13,449 nt of DNA from NCBI RefSeq assembly GCF_006345805.1, contig NW_021826140.1, positions 1-13,449 on the forward strand, given 5' to 3'. The stretch's first letter is position 1, and each line of letters starts with the position of its first letter. Below the pieces are notes generated by a model. That model worked only from the letters and a program-made list of their open reading frames with translations. It was not told where the DNA came from and searched no databases. Made by a program: the position numbers and the translations under genes. Origin of the DNA: Octopus sinensis. Lineage: Eukaryota. Below, piece after piece: positions 9,480-13,449 of this stretch.

Positions 9480-9550
9480 GGCGATTTGCTCGACTAAAGG
9501 CGGTGCTCCAGCATGGCCACAGTCACATGACTGAAACAAGAAAAAGAGTA
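9480..9550 (+). mobile_element. SINE/LINE 3'-tail fragment (family B)
   Basis: GGCGGTGCTCCAGCATGGCCACAGTCACATGACTGAAACAAGAAAAAG, homologous to 8090-8150. 5' boundary uncertain. Confidence 0.7.
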
Positions 9551-9824
9551 GACATTGGCACATAGTTACACTAGGATCTTCACAGACTCTTCGAATTCAT
9601 TTCTGACTGTCAAAATTTCATTCTTCTCATTTTAGTCACAGTTTTTCTTTCTCCTCCCCTTCCTATCTTGCTCTCTTTCCTTGCTCTCTTGTTTTAGTGA
9701 AAGACCAGTGTCCCAAAATGTTGGGACACTTTCCATTTCCATCCCAGCCTTCAGCTAATCCGTTGTTTGTCACATCCGGTATTTTCCCTTTCATCATTTT
9801 AACATTTATCGCACTTTTACTATG

Positions 9825-9898
9825 CATACATACATACGTACGTACGTACACACACACACACACACATGTATATAAATACACACACACATATATATATG

Positions 9899-9958
<60 letters not shown>

Positions 9959-10073
9959 CACACATATATATATACATACACGCGCACATACACACACACA
10001 CATATATATATATACATGTGCATACGTATGTGTGTGTATGCATTCATAAATATATGTATATATAATTTATGCA

Positions 10074-10121
<48 letters not shown>

Positions 10122-10162
10122 TGCATACATTACATATACATATATTTTTGCATTTATATATA

Positions 10163-10193
<31 letters not shown>

Positions 10194-10282
10194 CATGAGT
10201 ATGCGTGTATGTATGTATATTCATACATGTATATATGCATGTATGTGTGTGTGTGTGTGCGTATGGATGTGTGTATATATGT
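9825..10282. repeat. Compound (CA)n/(TA)n/(TATG)n microsatellite field
   Basis: Direct reading. Confidence 0.9.
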
Positions 10283-10420
10283 GTAAAATTGGAAATCGTT
10301 TGTGATTGGCGTGACTAATCGAAAATGCGCGCGTAATCCATTATAAATAAGACGGTAACAAGTAGAAGTAGAAACACTGAGAAACAGTACCGCAAGCACA
10401 ACCATGCGCAGCAAGGCACA

Positions 10421-10424
<4 letters not shown>

Positions 10425-10452
<28 letters not shown>
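10425..10452. repeat. (CA)n microsatellite
   Basis: Direct reading. Confidence 0.9.
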
Positions 10453-10453
<1 letters not shown>

Positions 10454-10850
10454 CACATACAAATATGCATACATACAGACATACACGCAAACACGTTTGC
10501 ACATGCTTTTCGACATCCGTGTGTGATTCAGTATCACGCAGTGTGTTTGTATATTTATGCGCTTCTGTGTCTTCGGGTCTATGTAGTTATGTCTATGCAG
10601 GTCTGCTATAGTATGTATATATGTTGTATGTAACCGAAGGAGTAATTCCAGACCTGATAAATCAATACTATTTCTCTTTTAACTATTCAAGATCAGTGGC
10701 ACGCACATTGTCCCCTGCCCCTTTTCTTTGCACTCATAACAATCCAACAAACGCCTGATATTAGTGTGAGCTCTGAGCAGCAGCAGCAACACCATCGGTA
10801 GCTATATTAATCGTGAATACCTACATTATATACACACACAAATATATACC

Positions 10851-11083
10851 TATTTCTTTACAACCCACAAGGGGCTAAACACAGAGGGGACAAACAACGA
10901 CAGACATAGGTATTAAGTCGATTACATCGACCCCAGTGCGTAACTGGTACTTAATTTATCGACCCCGAAAGGATGAAAGGCAAAGTCGACCTCGGCGGAA
11001 TTTGAACTTACAACGTAACGCAGACGAAATACCACTAAGCATTTCGTCCGGCGTGCTAACGATTCTGCCAGTTCGCCACCTTT
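10851..11083 (-). mobile_element. tRNA-derived SINE family A, full-length copy with 17-bp TSD
   Basis: Reverse complement reads GGTGGCGAACTGGCAGAATCGTTAGCACGCCGG...AAGTTCAAATTCCGCCGAGG...AAAGAAATA. TSD ACACACAAATATATACC at 10834-10850 and 11084-11100. Confidence 0.95.
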
Positions 11084-11100
11084 ACACACAAATATATACC

Positions 11101-11278
11101 TATCGCTTTACTACCCACAAGGAGCTAAACACAGAGAGGACAAACGGATTAAGTCGATTACATCGACCCCAGTGCGTAACTGGTACTTAATTTATCGACC
11201 CCGAAAAGATGAAAGGCAAAGTCGACCTCGGCGGGATTTGAACTCAGAACGTAGCGGCAGACGAAATACAGCTACGCA
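11101..11278 (-). mobile_element. tRNA-derived SINE family A, 5'-truncated and more diverged copy, in tandem with the previous one
   Basis: Aligns to 10851-11041 with an internal deletion near 11146. Keeps the B box (reverse complement GAGTTCAAATCCC); similarity is lost before the A box. Confidence 0.9.
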
Positions 11279-11536
11279 CACAGCCATTCACACGTATATA
11301 AACAGACGGATGTGCAGTCATGTACAACTGCAACAATTTTGTTATGGGTGTCGTAAGCACTGTAAGGTAAGTTATGCAGTATGCGCAATATGCATAAAAT
11401 TAAGTAACACGTTACGCAACTCTCAGCTCATTAGGTTTACCAGATAGACAAGCGAACAGTGACATGATCCTTAAACAAGAGATCATCAATAAATGCAATT
11501 TCCCATCAGAATTACCAATATTTAAGAAATGTAATG

Positions 11537-11845
11537 ACGTGATCACGTGACCGACCAGACCATCAGATGTTGCTACACAATGCTGGTCACAATGCGTTCG
11601 CATTGTTTTAGCCTTCAAATGACGCCACCCCGCTGGCTAAGCGAGCAGGCCAACAGAAGAAAGAGAGAAAGAGAGAAAGAGTGGTGAAAGAGTACAGCAG
11701 GGATCACCCCCCCTGCCGGAGCTTCGTGGAGCTTTTAGGTGTTTTCGCTCAATAAACACACACAACGCCCGGTCTGGGAATCGAAACCGCAATCCTACGA
11801 CTGCGAGTCCGCTGCCCTAACCACTGGGCCATTGCGCCTCCACTG
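11537..11845 (-). mobile_element. Full-length tRNA-derived SINE family C (resembles the octopus OK SINE) with 16-bp TSD
   Basis: Minus strand starts GTGGAGGCGCAATGGCCCAGTGGTTAGGGCAGCGGACTCGCAG. Canonical A box TGGCCCAGTGG (11821-11831) and B box GGTTTCGATTCCC (11776-11788). TSD TTTAAGAAATGTAATG at 11521-11536 and 11846-11861. Family name is from recollection. Confidence 0.92.
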
Positions 11846-12759
11846 TTTAAGAAATGTAATGTTTGAAATTGGCAAAATATTCTTCTATACCGACAGTTAA
11901 CAGGTGCCAAGCATGATGCTTAAGTGTATCAAATTACGTTCTAAGGCAGCTGCTGACGAAACTCTAAAACACATTTTCAGTGTTATATTGTTTATAACAT
12001 TAAAAAAATGACATGGTTAATTAATGCAAGTGTAACCTATTCCTTTACTAATTTCACCTTCATTTAAAGTGCTCTGATCCAGCTAATTATAATTCAGGAG
12101 AAATAACTTAATGAAAACTCCAGATTAATAAAGATCTCTACGAATTTTCAGAGGAGATCGAAGGAGGAAAGGTTGGAAAAGGAAAAAAATATTTAGTATG
12201 TAGAGGTAATCATAATCATATTGCCAGCAATCATAACTTGTTAATGCGTAAATACAAGCAAAATAGGGAAAATGGTCAACACATTGTCATGAAGATGGTA
12301 TCGGCATAGACAAATAAGTGTGTACACTAGACTAATGAAAAGAAATTGTAGCCATATCTATCAATAACAAAAGACTTAGCGTGTCTAGAGTTGCTCCACT
12401 TTAGATGAAAATCGACGTTTCTGTCCTTTAACTCCCAGACCTTCTCAGAGAGGAATGTTGATTTTGCTTTATATATAGAGAGAGATGACAAAAACTTTAT
12501 CTCATTTTGTAACTAGAAGTGGAATCTACGCAAGTGAAATAATATAGATTAGTTTTGACATTACATTTATGCACAATGCTTTTGATCGGGTATTTATTTC
12601 CTAATAGGCATTCATATTTCTTCTTACAATTACATAAGCTAGTTAACATCGAGTTAGAAATATTGCTGGTTGCAAAAACCATACCTCTCTGTGATACAAA
12701 GCCATAATCGGCAGAATTATTGTGTGTGCTAGCCACAATCAACATTTACATTACCATAA

Positions 12760-13170
12760 TTCGTACTGGTGTTATCATAACCATTACTTATTCCCTCAAG
12801 TGTTCCAAAATTATCATACTAGATACCATTATTGTTACTAGTACTACAGTTGTAGTCATTGTCATAACCATTTCTAAATCATTCACACCAGTACAACTAA
12901 TATTATTATCATAGTTGTTATTACTACATCTATGATGGCAATTCCCCATTCTATTACTATAGCTGCTACTACCACTTTTAACGCAATTGCCAGCATTATT
13001 CGTACATCCGTATTGTAATAATTATCTTTAAAATCATTACTGTTATTATTACTCATATTATTATAACCATTATTATTGCTATCATTATTACCATAACCAT
13101 TGCAATTAGTGCAGCCACCATTATTAATATTATTTTTATAATTATCATCGGTTTTATTATTATTGCTGCT
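12760..13170. repeat. Highly degenerate trinucleotide-periodic low-complexity tract (ATT/ACT/ACC/GTT)
   Basis: Persistent 3-nt periodicity without long perfect runs. Confidence 0.6.
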
Positions 13171-13449
13171 GTTGCCTCGTACCAAGGGAATACTAGGGAG
13201 TACAGTAGCAGGTATAGCAATTATACATCGTCCATGAATTCAATCACAGCCGAAGAAGCTTCGCATGGATTATTAGATGCTTGATACTTTGAATGAAAAT
13301 TAATAGAGCGGATTTGGGTTCCATCCCTATTAGGGTAATGATATTGCTATAAATAGGGAATTCTAATTAACTATGAAGCGGTTAATAGCGGTAATGGTCT
13401 TGGCTGCATTAGGTGTGGAAGGAAACGAGAAATGAATCTTAGCCGATAA

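Noticed and set aside
2585-10305. Dozens of ORF-track entries rich in I/Y, L, N, C/V or H/T (e.g. 3213-4130, 3490-4269, 7920-8453)
   Set aside because: They are translations of AAT, ATT, TA, CA and TG microsatellites, which lack stops in some frames. No domain content.
10305-10349. Reverse CCAAT (10305-10309), short CG run and TATAAATA (10342-10349) as a promoter
   Set aside because: These short motifs are expected by chance in AT-rich DNA, and no downstream gene is supported.
10692-10797. Possible exon ending in a CAG run (…SSEQQQQHH)
   Set aside because: Poor donor (GTAGCT), only one open frame, and no recognisable peptide.
10936-11447. Two ORFs starting with near-identical MRNWYLIYRPRKDERQSRPRR
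   Set aside because: Antisense readings of two adjacent SINE copies, not paralogous genes.
11770-11845. Possible tRNA gene on the minus strand
   Set aside because: It has A and B boxes but no complete cloverleaf, continues into a SINE body and is bounded by a 16-bp TSD.

Overview
AT-rich eukaryotic, repeat-dominated DNA (intron or intergenic), most likely from an octopus or other cephalopod. That assignment rests on recalled SINE consensus sequences and the microsatellite load, not on a database search. No intact protein-coding gene is supported. Contents: (1) the 3' ~2.7 kb of a dead non-LTR retrotransposon with reverse transcriptase, CCHC knuckle and restriction-like endonuclease (R4/Dong-like), ending in (AAT)n; (2) two more very short retroelement 3' ends stacked in the same microsatellite; (3) a ~1 kb higher-order repeat built from trinucleotide runs; (4) a 201-bp near-perfect foldback palindrome; (5) four copies of one tRNA-derived SINE family (two with clear TSDs), one full-length OK-like SINE with a 16-bp TSD and two related SINE/LINE tail fragments; (6) many TA/CA/CT/ACT microsatellites, which explain nearly all ORF-track entries. 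The best leads are a 3'-UTR stem-loop with the same TGGGT loop and 3x1 internal loop but different stems in two retroelement tails, the mismatch-free palindrome, and the higher-order microsatellite.
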